Below are positions 1-9,636 of a stretch of DNA of 64,000 nt, piece after piece. The notes under the pieces are model-generated. The model was given only the letters and a program-made list of their open reading frames with translations, was not told the origin of the DNA and made no database searches. Within the stretch, counting starts at the first letter, position 1. Every line of letters begins with the position of its first letter. Source of the DNA: Candidatus Babeliales bacterium (GTDB taxonomy: Bacteria > Babelota > Babeliae > Babelales > JANWKD01). The DNA lies in NCBI GenBank assembly GCA_963722075.1, contig CAVRJM010000001.1, positions 1,184,001 to 1,248,000 of the forward strand, read 5' to 3'. The translations under genes and the position numbers were made by a program.

Positions 1-919
1 AAGCACGTTCAAATGAAAGTGTTGGCCAGGTAAGTAAGAAATAAATTGAAGAAATACCTATAAAAAAGAATTGCTTTAGCAAAAACCAACACGGAATAAA
101 TTGTAGTAAAAATCGCCATATCATAATAAAGAGCACTAGATGTAATCCTGATCGTGCTAGAAAATGAGAAAGCCCCCAATACTTAAAATACTCCCGTTGC
201 TTTTCGGTATAGAAATTATGATGTTTAAACCCGAGAAAAAGCAGTGCAAATAAAGAAAAAATGGGTGATTTTATTTTTGTTTGTAGCCGTTCATAGAGCG
301 CATATTTTTTAGTATGTAGCCATCTATAAAAGCAATAAAAAGGTCGCGTAACAATAGAAATAGCATTTTTTTCATTTAAAAATGAGCTGGCAATAATTTC
401 ATCGCGCATTAGGTAGAATTTTATGGATTCTTCTTGGGGTATTTTTATTTTTAGTTTTGGAACATAAATAACATCTCCTATGGCGACATTATTAAGCTGA
501 CGGGCATAAAGTGCTATCTTTTTATCGATGGTGATTTGTTGAGTAGCTGATTGTAGGGTATTATTGCTGAGTAAAATACGCCATTTATTATAGGCGTTTG
601 GGGATGGTCCTATATCGTATACAGTGCCATAGATATCGTATTCAGTATCTTTTAACTTTTTATATACATGCTGGTAAGAATATAGCTGTAGGTAATAAAG
701 CAGGGCCCCTACCAATAATGACAGTAAAATATAAAGGAGGTAAAAATTTTTATTCTTAAAAAATGAATAAAAGCCAATTATAAAAGAGGCTATTAAACAA
801 AAGAATATAAAAAAATAAAAAATAGACTGAATCCAGATACCTACAATTAGTAAGAAGGTAATAAAAATTAGAGGATGTATGTGATTCAGTAAAAAAAATT
901 TATTTATAAAAGCATGCAT
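1..919 (-). CDS. comEC: ComEC/Rec2-family competence membrane protein, runs off the left edge
   Basis: Manual minus-strand translation from ATG at 919 (MHAFINKFFLLNHIHPLIFIT...) contains YFKYWGLSHFLARSGLHLVLF, the ComEC H-x-x-A-x-S-G-L-H motif; not in the ORF track because it is truncated. Confidence 0.8.
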   Translation of the reverse strand, partial: MHAFINKFFLLNHIHPLIFITFLLIVGIWIQSIFYFFIFFCLIASFIIGFYSFFKNKNFYLLYILLSLLVGALLYYLQLYSYQHVYKKLKDTEYDIYGTVYDIGPSPNAYNKWRILLSNNTLQSATQQITIDKKIALYARQLNNVAIGDVIYVPKLKIKIPQEESIKFYLMRDEIIASSFLNEKNAISIVTRPFYCFYRWLHTKKYALYERLQTKIKSPIFSLFALLFLGFKHHNFYTEKQREYFKYWGLSHFLARSGLHLVLFIMIWRFLLQFIPCWFLLKQFFFIGISSIYFLLTWPTLSFERA

Positions 920-991
920 AAGTGACTAGCAATAAGTTAATTATAATAGAAAAGTTTATAAAAAAAATAATCTTATTGCTAGTCAATCAAT

Positions 992-2374
992 TTATAAATA
1001 ACGTTCCCATTCCCAATCGGTTACACTATTTTGATATGCTTCTAATTCTTGTTTTTTATATGATAAAAAGTTGTTGAAAAGTATTGGACCAAATAGCTCC
1101 TGCATTAATGAACTATGTTCAAATGCGTATATCGCTTGCTCAAATGTTTGAGGAAGATGAATAATATTTTTTCTTGTTAATTCATCTTCAGAAATTGCAT
1201 ATAAATTTTCTTCAATGAGTGAGGGCAATGAGTACCCATTTTTAATTCCTTCCATCCCCGCACATAATAAAGCTGCCAATGCCATATAGGGATTAGCTAA
1301 TCCATCGGGAGAGCGAATTTCGGCTCGCACGGCTTCCGGTTGCTCAGCTTGGGGTAACCTTATAAGAGCGCTTCTATTTTTTGCACCAACGCAAATAAAT
1401 TTTGGTGCTTCATGACCGCCAAGCCTTTTATAGGAGTTTATAGAAGAATTGAGTACCAGGGTAAGTTCCGGAACATGTTTGATGATCCCGGCAAGAAACT
1501 GTTGCCCTATGATGCTTAATTTATGTGGATTTTGTTCATCATAAAATGCATTTAAGTTGTTATTAATATCATAAAGGCTCATGTTGATATGCATGCCATT
1601 TCCAGGTTTATGGGCAAAAGGTTTGGGCATAAAACTGATTTTTTTATGGTAATTTTTTCCCAGTATTTGTAAAGTATCTTTTGTTGTTAAAATGGCATCG
1701 GCGATTACTAAAGCATTATCTCTTTTTAAACTGACTTCGAATTGCCCGTTACCAACTTCATGATGGATTTTTTCTATATTTAAATCCATTTCATTAAGTA
1801 CCTGCATGATAGTAACCAGTGCGTTTGATGTAGAAATACTTCTGGTTGCATCAGTATAACTAAGCATATCAACAGGGGTATATTTATCATCTTGAGCGTC
1901 TAGAATATAAAATTCAATTTCTGGTCCCACATGAAAATCAAACCCCAGATCATGCAGCTTATTAAGCTCTTTTTGCAAAATGGCTCGAGGATCTGCAAAG
2001 TAGGGAGTATCTTTATCTTGGTGTATAGTACACATAATACGCATCATGCTCATATGATCATACATCCATGGTATTTTTCTTGCTGGCGTTGATAAATCGG
2101 GCATTAACAACATATCACTATTAGTAATACGGCTGCAGCCAAGAATTGAAGACCCATCAAAATGGATACCATTGGTTATATAGTGTTCAAGTTGGCTATG
2201 ACTGCTCAAGGGAATAATAATGGATTTAGGGGAAGCTGCTAAAAAATCATAAAAACAGAATTCGATGTTGCGAATGTAATGGCTTTTGCATAATTCAGGC
2301 AAGGAATCCTGTGAAATAACAGTATTGATGATGAGCAAAGATATAATGAAATTAACTACTTTTTTATTGAACAT
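992..2374 (-). CDS. glnA: Glutamine synthetase type I with an N-terminal signal-peptide-like extension
   Basis: Motifs FDGSSI, GPEIEFY, HHEVGNGQFEV, FMPKP, GNGMH, NSYKRL, NRSALIR, EIRSPD..ANPY. Confidence 0.92.
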   Translation of the reverse strand: MFNKKVVNFIISLLIINTVISQDSLPELCKSHYIRNIEFCFYDFLAASPKSIIIPLSSHSQLEHYITNGIHFDGSSILGCSRITNSDMLLMPDLSTPARKIPWMYDHMSMMRIMCTIHQDKDTPYFADPRAILQKELNKLHDLGFDFHVGPEIEFYILDAQDDKYTPVDMLSYTDATRSISTSNALVTIMQVLNEMDLNIEKIHHEVGNGQFEVSLKRDNALVIADAILTTKDTLQILGKNYHKKISFMPKPFAHKPGNGMHINMSLYDINNNLNAFYDEQNPHKLSIIGQQFLAGIIKHVPELTLVLNSSINSYKRLGGHEAPKFICVGAKNRSALIRLPQAEQPEAVRAEIRSPDGLANPYMALAALLCAGMEGIKNGYSLPSLIEENLYAISEDELTRKNIIHLPQTFEQAIYAFEHSSLMQELFGPILFNNFLSYKKQELEAYQNSVTDWEWERYL

Positions 2375-2480
2375 AAAGCTCCCTTTTTTATATATTCATT
2401 ACGAACTTTATTGTATACTCTATTTAGACTATTTGTTATATTAGCCCTTTTAAGATTTTTTTCTACTATTTATCATTTTT

Positions 2481-2936
2481 ATGATTGTTATAAAAAACAC
2501 CCAACGTGCTGTTAAATTAGATATTCGCCACATCAAAAACACCGTACAAAAAATATTGTCTATTATTGGTTATGACGATTTTGATATTGGCATATGGTTT
2601 ACTACTAATAAAACGATCCAAAAATATAACGCAACTTACCGCGCTAAAAATAAGCCGACCGATATTCTTTCTTTTTCATATCATCCGGATTTAGCCGCAG
2701 GCCAAAAAATAAAAGTTAACGCTGCTGAAGATAAAAATCTGGGGGACCTTATACTTTCTCCTGAATATATTCAAAAAACAGCTACTGAAATGCAACAACT
2801 ATTCCAGGAGCGCTTAGAAGTCTTATTGGTGCATGGCATTTGTCATTTACTTGGTTATGATCATGAGCGCGATGAAGATTTTAAGAAAATGCAACGCAAA
2901 GAACAAATGATTTTGAAGAAGTTGAAAAATTATTAG
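2481..2936 (+). CDS. ybeY: rRNA maturation endoribonuclease YbeY
   Basis: KPTDILSF, LGDLIL and HGICHLLGYDH (H3xH5xH) motifs. Confidence 0.95.
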   Translation: MIVIKNTQRAVKLDIRHIKNTVQKILSIIGYDDFDIGIWFTTNKTIQKYNATYRAKNKPTDILSFSYHPDLAAGQKIKVNAAEDKNLGDLILSPEYIQKTATEMQQLFQERLEVLLVHGICHLLGYDHERDEDFKKMQRKEQMILKKLKNY

Positions 2937-3154
2937 CTGAATAAATCGGCTAAAATTAAGGGTTTTTTACCCAGTGACTACTACTCTAAGAGATGAACTT
3001 TTGAAGCAACGAACTCATCCGATTAAAATTATTTTACAGGGAAAAGTAAATTATTGCTTGTCAATTAAATTCAAATTGAATTTTTAATTGACAAGACTGC
3101 TTATTTAACTATACTTAATAATTATTATAAATAATCATATGAGGGGATAATAAA

Positions 3155-3733
3155 ATGCGTCTTATATTAAAAAAACTGGCTCTCACGGGATCTGCTTTAT
3201 TTTTAAGTACAGCATTAAATGGTATGGAGATTGCAAGTGATGTAATACAGAGTTGCGTTACTTCACATATCTGTATAAAAACTGGCCAATTAATTCATGA
3301 ATTAGGTCATGTAGCTGTTGCGAAGATGCTATATGGTAATATCGATTGGAGATTTACTCAATTCTCCTTAAGTCCATTTAAAGGCATGAGGGTTTTTATA
3401 GATGCACAACCGGGAGGAATAAAGGATGCTCTGGTTACTTTGGAAGGTCCGCTATCGGCTTTATTAACAGGATATTTGCTATTGAAATGCAATAATGTTT
3501 TTTATGAACACCAATATAAAAAAAGGAGCTTCAAAAAGGCGGTTAAAAAAGGTTTTAAAAAGCCGTTGTTCAATAAAAATCAAAATCCAGGGATTCAAGC
3601 AGGCGCTTTTTGCTCAATGCTGTCTTGTGCAACAGATTTACTGTCGATAAATTTTAATACAACTAAATTTTTTCACATTGATAAAACCATGGACGGTTAT
3701 GGCGTACTTAAAGCTCTAGATTTGGTGAAATGA
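3155..3733 (+). CDS. Signal-peptide M50-like zinc metallopeptidase
   Basis: IHELGH (HExxH), downstream GP and C-terminal DG motifs; hydrophobic N-terminus. Confidence 0.6.
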   Translation: MRLILKKLALTGSALFLSTALNGMEIASDVIQSCVTSHICIKTGQLIHELGHVAVAKMLYGNIDWRFTQFSLSPFKGMRVFIDAQPGGIKDALVTLEGPLSALLTGYLLLKCNNVFYEHQYKKRSFKKAVKKGFKKPLFNKNQNPGIQAGAFCSMLSCATDLLSINFNTTKFFHIDKTMDGYGVLKALDLVK

Positions 3734-4570
3734 TTATTTATAACATGTATAAGAACTATTTATTTGTGTAATAGTAAATGGGCTTGGAACATTGTTTATA
3801 GTAAATCGATACAATGCTCCATCAATAATTGTTGTCGGTGCAATAATAAAAAAATCAGCGAGCGTAAGCCAGCAAAATGTAAAAAATAAGAATGGCGATA
3901 ATGTTTTCGTTATAATTATTAAAATAATTAAAATTATAAATGGGAAGAAATTCGTCTCTTTAACTATATGATGACCAAATGTTGCGGTTAATCGTTGATA
4001 TGCTTTTACAAAAGCTTCTTGAGAGTTGGTTTTTTCCCTTATTATTATTAATGGCGTTAGTGTTACCAAAGGCTCCCATGTGATTAATAGTTTTGTTTTG
4101 ATATAATCGTGAGTAAATGAACCCACAATTTCTTCTGCCTCTATAATTCGTCGTAACGATCTAAAAAAATAACCACCATAATATGATTTATTAGTTCGAT
4201 ACATAAATCGAAATACCCATGATAGCCATTCAAAATAGAGTATATTTTTTAAAGAAGAAACAACCTCTTTAATAGATCTTAAAATGTTTTGTTGGTTTTC
4301 AATAATTGAAAGTTCGTATTCGGTTTGGATAAGAAAAATTAATCGTAATAAAATAAAAATGATGGAGGCGAAGATAAGAAGAAAAAAAAGTAGAAAAACA
4401 GCTAAAAAATAGTTGTTTATTATATATGGTCGACCATAATAAAAAACCGCAAAACTCAATAATAAAAAAGCAAAAGCTATAAGGCTTCGTATTAAGCTAA
4501 AAATAAGAAGATATGGATGTTTTAAAATCCACCAATAAGCTGACAAATAAATGTTCATATTATCCAGCAC
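3734..4570 (-). CDS. Hypothetical multi-pass membrane protein
   Basis: 278-aa ORF with several hydrophobic segments; overlaps the mlaD stop, so probably the last gene of the operon. Confidence 0.65.
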   Translation of the reverse strand: MLDNMNIYLSAYWWILKHPYLLIFSLIRSLIAFAFLLLSFAVFYYGRPYIINNYFLAVFLLFFLLIFASIIFILLRLIFLIQTEYELSIIENQQNILRSIKEVVSSLKNILYFEWLSWVFRFMYRTNKSYYGGYFFRSLRRIIEAEEIVGSFTHDYIKTKLLITWEPLVTLTPLIIIREKTNSQEAFVKAYQRLTATFGHHIVKETNFFPFIILIILIIITKTLSPFLFFTFCWLTLADFFIIAPTTIIDGALYRFTINNVPSPFTITQINSSYTCYK

Positions 4571-6245
4571 TGGAGCCTAAGAAGCCAATTTTAGAAGCAA
4601 TGAATTTCAAGTCGTCATCACTGAAGCGTAATCCCATACCAAAGAATCCGTTAGCGTTGTTGCGGCTTACAAAGTCATCAGCGCCAAAGGCCATATAAAT
4701 ATTACGCATTACAAAGACGCGGTTAATCCATTTAACATGTGGATTTTGATCGTTGATACGATCTCGACCACGAAGATCAAAGATTTCAGCAGACATTACC
4801 CAACGGAATTTATCAGTACCAAAAGGAATTTCTATATCAAAGCCCATACCCACGGTGCTTTCAAAAAGCCCAAATCGAACGGCAACGTTTCTGAAAATCT
4901 TACCAATTTGAGCACCGTATTTAAATTTATCAAAGGTACGTTCGATGGTTTCAATTCTACCAATCAGTTCTGGTAAAAATATTCTATTGGTTTCTCTGGT
5001 GTTTGGCGGCGTATCTTTAAAAGTAAAATCAAAAATATCACTTGCTAGAATCTGCCTATTTTGTTCGTCATACCAGTTTTTTATGAGTTCATGACGGCTT
5101 AAAGATCCTTTTTGTGAGCCAACTAATTGGAAAATATAAAAATGATCATCGGTTGGATGAATGCGAACATCTAGGTACCCTTTAGTATCTTGATACCGGT
5201 ATGTTTCAGCAGGACGGTACATATATTCACCATGGGAATCAATTACAATGCTTAAATTGTCGATTTTAGCAAAATAATTTTTCAAGCCACCAACAGCTTG
5301 TTTAAGATCAAAGTATGCCTCATCTTCATTAACCAATTTGCCAATGAGGCCTTTGCCTTCATCGATTTTTTCGGCAATAGAAGTAATATTTTTAAATCCA
5401 TTCTTAGCTTCAATTGCTGCGCTTTCTAAAGCGTTAGTGGTATGCTCAAGTTGATAGGTAATGGTATGGAAGTCTCGATCAAAGACTTCTGAAACTTTTT
5501 CAATACTATTTTTAAATGCTGGTAAGAAATCGGTCTCAAGCTTATTTGAAAGTCTGCTCAAATCCTGTCCTAGATGTGGGACGGTATCTTTCATATCACT
5601 GGCAATATCACGAATATCAGAAAGAATAGTATTGATGGTATCTTCGTTATGAGAAAGTGTGCGGTCAAGCATTTCGGTGAAATCCGCAATTCGTTCAGCG
5701 GCGCGATTTAAATGTTCCATTGTTAATCGAAGTTCATCACGGCCTCGATCACCGCCGATCACCTCACGCAGTGAAGAGGTCACATCATCAACATTGGTAG
5801 CAATTGATTGCACTTTATATAAAATTTCATCAACTGAAGCAGGTGCTCTTCCCGGTTTACCAAGTGCTTGCCCAGCGTGCAAATGTGGTAAATAAGGATC
5901 CCCTGGAATGACTTCTAGATACTTAGTTCCTAAAAGGCCTTCTTGACGTACAATAGCATGCGCATCACTGTGCAGAATATATTTTTTTAAGATCATAATA
6001 TTGGCTTTTGCCTGATACTCATGATCTTCTACAAGCTCTATAGATTCTACCCAGCCAATTTTTACTCCTGCTATTTTAACCTCAGCTTTTTTTTCTAATC
6101 CTGAAATATCGTTAAAATAGACAATTTGGTGCTTATAGTTGTGTCGGTCAAGCCTGAAGACTCCTAGCTGCATAGTCATATAAAAAAAGAGCGCTAGCGC
6201 GCCAATTACTACCAGACCAACATGAGTTTCTGTTTTAATCTGCAA
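4560..6245 (-). CDS. mlaD: Long MCE/MlaD-family protein (TM anchor, MCE domain, helical stalk, beta-rich C-terminus)
   Basis: N-terminal TM, then F.DISGL....VKIAGVKIG.V and EGLLGTKYLEVIPG MCE motifs; long amphipathic helices; alternating beta strands ending GMGLRF. Confidence 0.85.
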   Translation of the reverse strand: MQIKTETHVGLVVIGALALFFYMTMQLGVFRLDRHNYKHQIVYFNDISGLEKKAEVKIAGVKIGWVESIELVEDHEYQAKANIMILKKYILHSDAHAIVRQEGLLGTKYLEVIPGDPYLPHLHAGQALGKPGRAPASVDEILYKVQSIATNVDDVTSSLREVIGGDRGRDELRLTMEHLNRAAERIADFTEMLDRTLSHNEDTINTILSDIRDIASDMKDTVPHLGQDLSRLSNKLETDFLPAFKNSIEKVSEVFDRDFHTITYQLEHTTNALESAAIEAKNGFKNITSIAEKIDEGKGLIGKLVNEDEAYFDLKQAVGGLKNYFAKIDNLSIVIDSHGEYMYRPAETYRYQDTKGYLDVRIHPTDDHFYIFQLVGSQKGSLSRHELIKNWYDEQNRQILASDIFDFTFKDTPPNTRETNRIFLPELIGRIETIERTFDKFKYGAQIGKIFRNVAVRFGLFESTVGMGFDIEIPFGTDKFRWVMSAEIFDLRGRDRINDQNPHVKWINRVFVMRNIYMAFGADDFVSRNNANGFFGMGLRFSDDDLKFIASKIGFLGSSAG

Positions 6246-6263
6246 AGTACATCCTTTTTCAGA

Positions 6264-7298
6264 TCAAAGCCAATATAATTTTTTTATCATAAAAGTAACT
6301 GGATCTTGTGCTTCTACAATTGCAAAAACCTTTTGAGTTATATTTCCTACTGTTCCATACGAAAGCACACTAAATGTTTTTGCATGAAATTTGTTCGCTA
6401 ACAGCATAGCAAGATCAGTCGGTATCGCTTTAAATTCTTTAGCATATAATTTTTCTAAACTTTGTTCCCATATAGTTTTAATATCTCCTGAAACCGATTT
6501 TATATTTTTTAATACTTCTTCTGGTATAGTGGCTGCCCTTTTTAACCCATATAAGGTGCTTATCGAATATGATAATAACCATGGGTTCATTGTTGTTTCA
6601 TGTGACCAGATAGTAAAAATATCTGTTAAATACACCGGCTGCTGCTCCTTTTTTGTTGGTACAGAAGGTTCATAAAAAACTTTGTCTTTAAAAACCGATT
6701 GAAACTCTTCTATAGCAAGTAATTCAGTAATATCTTGTAACTTATACTGCCTTTGTTTTAAAAACTTTTCAAATGGTTCAAATAAATTTTTATCATTTAA
6801 AAATTTTTTAGCTGAAGCAAACAGGGCACTTAATGCCTTTTTGCTATCTTGTGTTGCAGCCCCTTCATTTAAAAATTTTTTTGCTGAAAAATCAAATAAT
6901 TGATTAATGTCAATTTTACCATCTTCGCTCATAATACAAAATTTTACAATTCCTTCCATGCCATCAATATCGCCCTTAAGCGAAAACTCCTGCCAAAGAT
7001 TAATGAATGGTAGGTTTTTTTTTAAAAATAATAACGCAGGGTCTTCAGTTTTTTTTTGTTCTGCCCCTTTTTCTTCTTTTTCTGGTGATGGCGGCAATGA
7101 TAATTGATCAATGGCAAGTTGTATGCCTCCCTTAGCAAGCATTTTTGCTTTTTCTCGATCAACCATAGCGCGATCAAAATAGAAATGTACTCGTGCGCGA
7201 TTAAAAAGCTGCGTTACCATAACTACCATGATGCTCAAAATGATAAGGGTTAGTACTAAAACAAATCCCGGTGTGCTTTGCGATACTTTTTTCTTCAT
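6264..7298 (-). CDS. gspK: Type II secretion minor pseudopilin GspK-like
   Basis: PG|FVLVLTL prepilin without Glu5, SEDGKIDIN motif, position after gspJ. Confidence 0.8.
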   Translation of the reverse strand: MKKKVSQSTPGFVLVLTLIILSIMVVMVTQLFNRARVHFYFDRAMVDREKAKMLAKGGIQLAIDQLSLPPSPEKEEKGAEQKKTEDPALLFLKKNLPFINLWQEFSLKGDIDGMEGIVKFCIMSEDGKIDINQLFDFSAKKFLNEGAATQDSKKALSALFASAKKFLNDKNLFEPFEKFLKQRQYKLQDITELLAIEEFQSVFKDKVFYEPSVPTKKEQQPVYLTDIFTIWSHETTMNPWLLSYSISTLYGLKRAATIPEEVLKNIKSVSGDIKTIWEQSLEKLYAKEFKAIPTDLAMLLANKFHAKTFSVLSYGTVGNITQKVFAIVEAQDPVTFMIKKLYWL

Positions 7299-7305
7299 AT
7301 AATCC

Positions 7306-8286
7306 TCAGGTTTTAGCTGCTGACGGCGTCGGTGTTGCTTGTGCTGCTGGTGTTGATGGCGTAGGGGCAGGTGTAGGCGCGGGCGCAGGAGTGGCTTTTT
7401 GCGCTTGAGCGGGTTGCATAAGTGCTAAAAATGTTGGAATTTCATAATTAAAAGTGAAGCTCTTTTCTTGTTGCTGTTGATTATTCCATAATTCTAGCGA
7501 TACGGTTACAAATTGTGGCGTTTTTGGTTGCTCTTTTGGCGCTTTTTGTGATTCAACATCCCAGCTATAAACGGTTTTGAATTCTGGCTTAGGCTTTTCT
7601 TCTTTGGATTCTTTTTTTTCTGGTGTTGCTATTGTGGGTGGTGTTGGTGCTTTTGCTGGTTGCTGCGCTTGCTCTTTTTGTACCGGAAAAGAATATTCTA
7701 TTTTCATGTTTTTAATATTGGTAGCCAGTTCATAAGCGCGAATGGGCTTTGCTGATTTTAAATCAAATGCTTTTAGCTCTAACTCATTTGATTCTTGCCG
7801 GAGCAAGGTATATGATTTTTGTTCCTTTCCTTGTTGCGGTACTTGTTGTGGTATTAGACGATAAACAACGCGTACAAAGCGCGGTTTTGCTTTGGCATTT
7901 TTTGCTTTTTCATAAATTTTTACCGGATTATTTGTTAAAAAAGTGAGCATTTCTAAACTTCCTTCAGCGTTATTAGTGCTATAGAAGATATGCTCAATGG
8001 GCTTAGGAGGAGGTGCTTGGGCGGCTTCTTTTGCGGCCGGTTGAGTAGTTGTTTTTGCTGGTGTTGCTGTTTTAGTTAGATCTGGTTGGATGGGAATTAA
8101 AGCACCATCCAGATCTTTTTCAAACTGATTTGAAATTATCGCTGCTCTAAAATCGGTTTGAATAAAATTATCCGCGATATCGACGATGCGATGTGTTATA
8201 AAAAAACTATTATATAAAACCGTTGCAATAATGCCCGAAAGAAGGATTCCTATAGAAAGTTCAATTAAGGTAAAACCTGGTTTCAT
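7306..8286 (-). CDS. gspJ: Type II secretion minor pseudopilin GspJ-like with Pro/Ala/Thr-rich inserts
   Basis: KPG|FTLIEL class III signal; position in operon. Confidence 0.75.
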   Translation of the reverse strand: MKPGFTLIELSIGILLSGIIATVLYNSFFITHRIVDIADNFIQTDFRAAIISNQFEKDLDGALIPIQPDLTKTATPAKTTTQPAAKEAAQAPPPKPIEHIFYSTNNAEGSLEMLTFLTNNPVKIYEKAKNAKAKPRFVRVVYRLIPQQVPQQGKEQKSYTLLRQESNELELKAFDLKSAKPIRAYELATNIKNMKIEYSFPVQKEQAQQPAKAPTPPTIATPEKKESKEEKPKPEFKTVYSWDVESQKAPKEQPKTPQFVTVSLELWNNQQQQEKSFTFNYEIPTFLALMQPAQAQKATPAPAPTPAPTPSTPAAQATPTPSAAKT

Positions 8287-8708
8287 TTCTTTTTTTGTTC
8301 CTCTTTTTGCGGAGCTTTATAAAGAAATGTTATCATTTTTTCTTGCAATTTAATAATGCCGTGTTGCCATTGGGCTTGTGCTTTTTCAATGATCGTATTG
8401 GAAAATTTTTTGAGCGACGAATGTTCATTAATCGGGCCCGTTGAAAAAGTAACCTCAGCAGCTTCAGTGGTAGCTTTTTTGGTAGGCTCTTCTTGTTGCT
8501 TTGCGCGCTGCAAGGAAGCGATTATAAAATTATTCCTCAGGGACAATACATGAGTTAGTTTTGAAGAGCTCGTAACAATTGAACCAAATGAGGTATTTTG
8601 TAAATTTAAAATTGCCGTCATAAGCATACCGAGCATAATTATGGCAATCATAACTTCAATAAGACTGAAGCCAGAGGCGGTTATATTATGGTTTTTGAAA
8701 TGTATCAT
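8283..8708 (-). CDS. gspI: Minor pseudopilin GspI-like
   Basis: SG|FSLIEVMIAI class III signal; position in operon. Confidence 0.7.
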   Translation of the reverse strand: MIHFKNHNITASGFSLIEVMIAIIMLGMLMTAILNLQNTSFGSIVTSSSKLTHVLSLRNNFIIASLQRAKQQEEPTKKATTEAAEVTFSTGPINEHSSLKKFSNTIIEKAQAQWQHGIIKLQEKMITFLYKAPQKEEQKKK

Positions 8709-9228
8709 ATTCTTTTAATTGAACCGTAAAAGGATTAAGCACTAGCCCTATATGTACCTGAGGAGTCCCACTGGTATCAATCATATTCATTACTACTTCT
8801 TGGCTCATTCCTTCGGGTACAATAAAGAACCAGAAGGTAAGTACTTCTCGATCGGGTCTATATTCATTGACTCCATCAAGAAAGAAGTCTTTTATTTCAA
8901 TAGATGGTGGTATTTCATAATAGGTTTTTCTAAATGTTTGTGGCACCGATTTAAAACCGGTGGTTACTACGGCTGGATCTTCAATTTCTAATTTTATTAT
9001 TCTTTTTTTTGTATCAAAGAAAACCCGGTGAACTTTTTGAGTAATTAACGAATTTTGCCAGCCAAGCGCGAGTAAATTATTCAATTCTGATAAAAATGCC
9101 TTACGTTGATACCCCGGAAGTCGTTGCTGCAAATTTGGAATAACAATGGTTGCCATTAGACCAATGATCATAATGACAACCATTAATTCAATTAAGGTAA
9201 ATCCTTGTTTTTTACATTTTCCAAACAT
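8686..9228 (-). CDS. gspH: Minor pseudopilin GspH-like
   Basis: KQG|FTLIELMVVI class III signal; position in operon. Confidence 0.75.
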   Translation of the reverse strand: MFGKCKKQGFTLIELMVVIMIIGLMATIVIPNLQQRLPGYQRKAFLSELNNLLALGWQNSLITQKVHRVFFDTKKRIIKLEIEDPAVVTTGFKSVPQTFRKTYYEIPPSIEIKDFFLDGVNEYRPDREVLTFWFFIVPEGMSQEVVMNMIDTSGTPQVHIGLVLNPFTVQLKEYDTFQKP

Positions 9229-9619
9229 CTAAACGGTCCTCAGCCGGTGCTGCTTCGCCTTCTGGGCCATAGGAGTAGAGTTCATAGGGATGGTCTGCTC
9301 CTGGGGTTGGTTTATATTGAAAATCATTGCCCCATGGATCTTTTGGAACTTCAGCTTTTTTTAAGTAAGGCGGTTTTGCATTAATTAAATCTTCAAGTGT
9401 TTTAGGATAGGAGCCTTTTTCTCCGTGATAAGCATCAATAGCATTTTCTAAGGCGCGTATGCTTGCTTTTGCTGCATTTTCTCGACCAGATATCACCCAG
9501 CGATAAGCATTAGGCACCACAACTGCTGCTAAGATCCCGATGATCATAATAACGACCATTATTTCTATTAACGAGAACCCCTCTTTGATTGTTCTATATG
9601 AGAACTGTTTGGTATTCAT
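9212..9619 (-). CDS. gspG: Major pseudopilin GspG
   Basis: KEG|FSLIEIMVV plus PKDPWGNDFQY and LYSYGPEG GspG motifs. Confidence 0.92.
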   Translation of the reverse strand: MNTKQFSYRTIKEGFSLIEIMVVIMIIGILAAVVVPNAYRWVISGRENAAKASIRALENAIDAYHGEKGSYPKTLEDLINAKPPYLKKAEVPKDPWGNDFQYKPTPGADHPYELYSYGPEGEAAPAEDRLDVWKM

Positions 9620-9636
9620 AACATTCCTTTCGTTTA

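Noticed and set aside
2937..3050. Possible structured RNA after ybeY (GATGA...TCATC hairpin)
   Set aside because: Only a short, weak stem with no recognisable family features
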